Assembly: GCA_016618085.1 (NCBI GenBank) | Contig: JABLTG010000106.1 | Span: 48,630-68,629, forward strand | Direction: 5' to 3' | Origin: Neovahlkampfia damariscottae | Taxonomy: Eukaryota | Length of the DNA stretch: 20,000 nucleotides | Shown here: positions 19,593-20,000 of the stretch, piece by piece | Numbering within the stretch: position 1 is the first letter of the stretch | How the letters are laid out: the number at the start of each line of letters is the position of its first letter | The notes under the pieces: generated by a model | The model's input: only the letters and a program-made list of their open reading frames with translations | Database searches by the model: none | Told to the model about the DNA's origin: nothing | Position numbers and translations under genes: made by a program

Positions 19593-20000
19593 ATGTCCAA
19601 ACAGCTCAAATTGGATTCATTTTGGAAAGAAAAAAAATGTTACTTCAACATCAACAACAGAAGTGATAAAAAAGAGAAAACTTGAAGAAACAAAAGAAAC
19701 AGGAAATATGAAATCAACATATAAACAAGGAAAAGATTCGTATCCTTTTTGGTGGACTAAAGAAAAAGAAGACATGCTACAAGTGAAAAGTATACCTCCA
19801 AGTTCTTCTTCAGTTGACAAGAATATTTGTTGGACAAAAAAGTTGGTAGAACAATCTTCATTAACAGAAGGTATTTTATTTTCATCAAAAGATGTTCCAA
19901 AAGAAAACAAACAAGTTTCACATAAAACTGGTTTATCAAAAAAACAACTTGATACAGATGAAATTATTCGATCAAGAAAAATTCTTTTAAAACCAACAAG
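19593..20000 (+). mobile_element. 5' part of a probable Fanzor2/IS607-type TnpB-like RNA-guided nuclease gene (runs off the window; apparent frameshift near 19630)
   Basis: Intronless frame-1 ORF open to the window edge: ...KKRKLEETKETGNMKSTYKQGKDSYPFWWTKEKEDML...DKNICWTKK...DEIIRSRKILLKPT. The final residues resemble the start of the TnpB WED/HTH_OrfB_IS605 region (xxKIRLYPT), preceded by a Fanzor2-like N-terminal extension with a PFW motif. RuvC is not visible in the window. Confidence 0.58.

Noticed and set aside
19617..19939. Minus-strand ORFs of 97 and 60 aa
   Set aside because: These are antisense shadows of the + strand TnpB/Fanzor-like ORF.
1..20000. Alternative genetic code, non-canonical splice sites, tRNA/rRNA or CRISPR arrays
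   Set aside because: All host genes could be built with the standard code and GT-AG introns. I saw no RNA-gene or repeat-spacer pattern.

Overview
AT-rich, extremely gene-dense eukaryotic (protist) nuclear DNA in the standard genetic code, with tiny GT-AG introns of about 27-46 nt and intergenic gaps often under 50 nt. The style suggests a heterolobosean-like amoeba, but that is inference only. Manual splicing gives about 17 genes, in order: GlyRS 3' end; EI24/CysZ-like membrane protein; a PBZ zinc finger fused to DUF4246; SVOP-like MFS transporter; an intronless orphan; tail-anchored Cdc123/R2K ATP-grasp protein; a small orphan; choline/ethanolamine kinase; a 56-aa basic microprotein; 2H phosphoesterase; PRL/PTP4A phosphatase; NT-C2+DIL protein; secreted Cys-rich protein; Ubl+VIM-like protein; Yme2/RNA12-like protein; Rab11; and, at the right edge, the 5' part of a probable Fanzor2/TnpB-like gene. 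That last gene is preceded by clustered inverted repeats and has a frameshifted N-terminal PIP-box-like motif. The main highlights are the candidate Fanzor element, the PBZ-DUF4246 fusion (missed by the ORF track), and a CCAAT/ATTGG motif 0-30 nt from most start codons.
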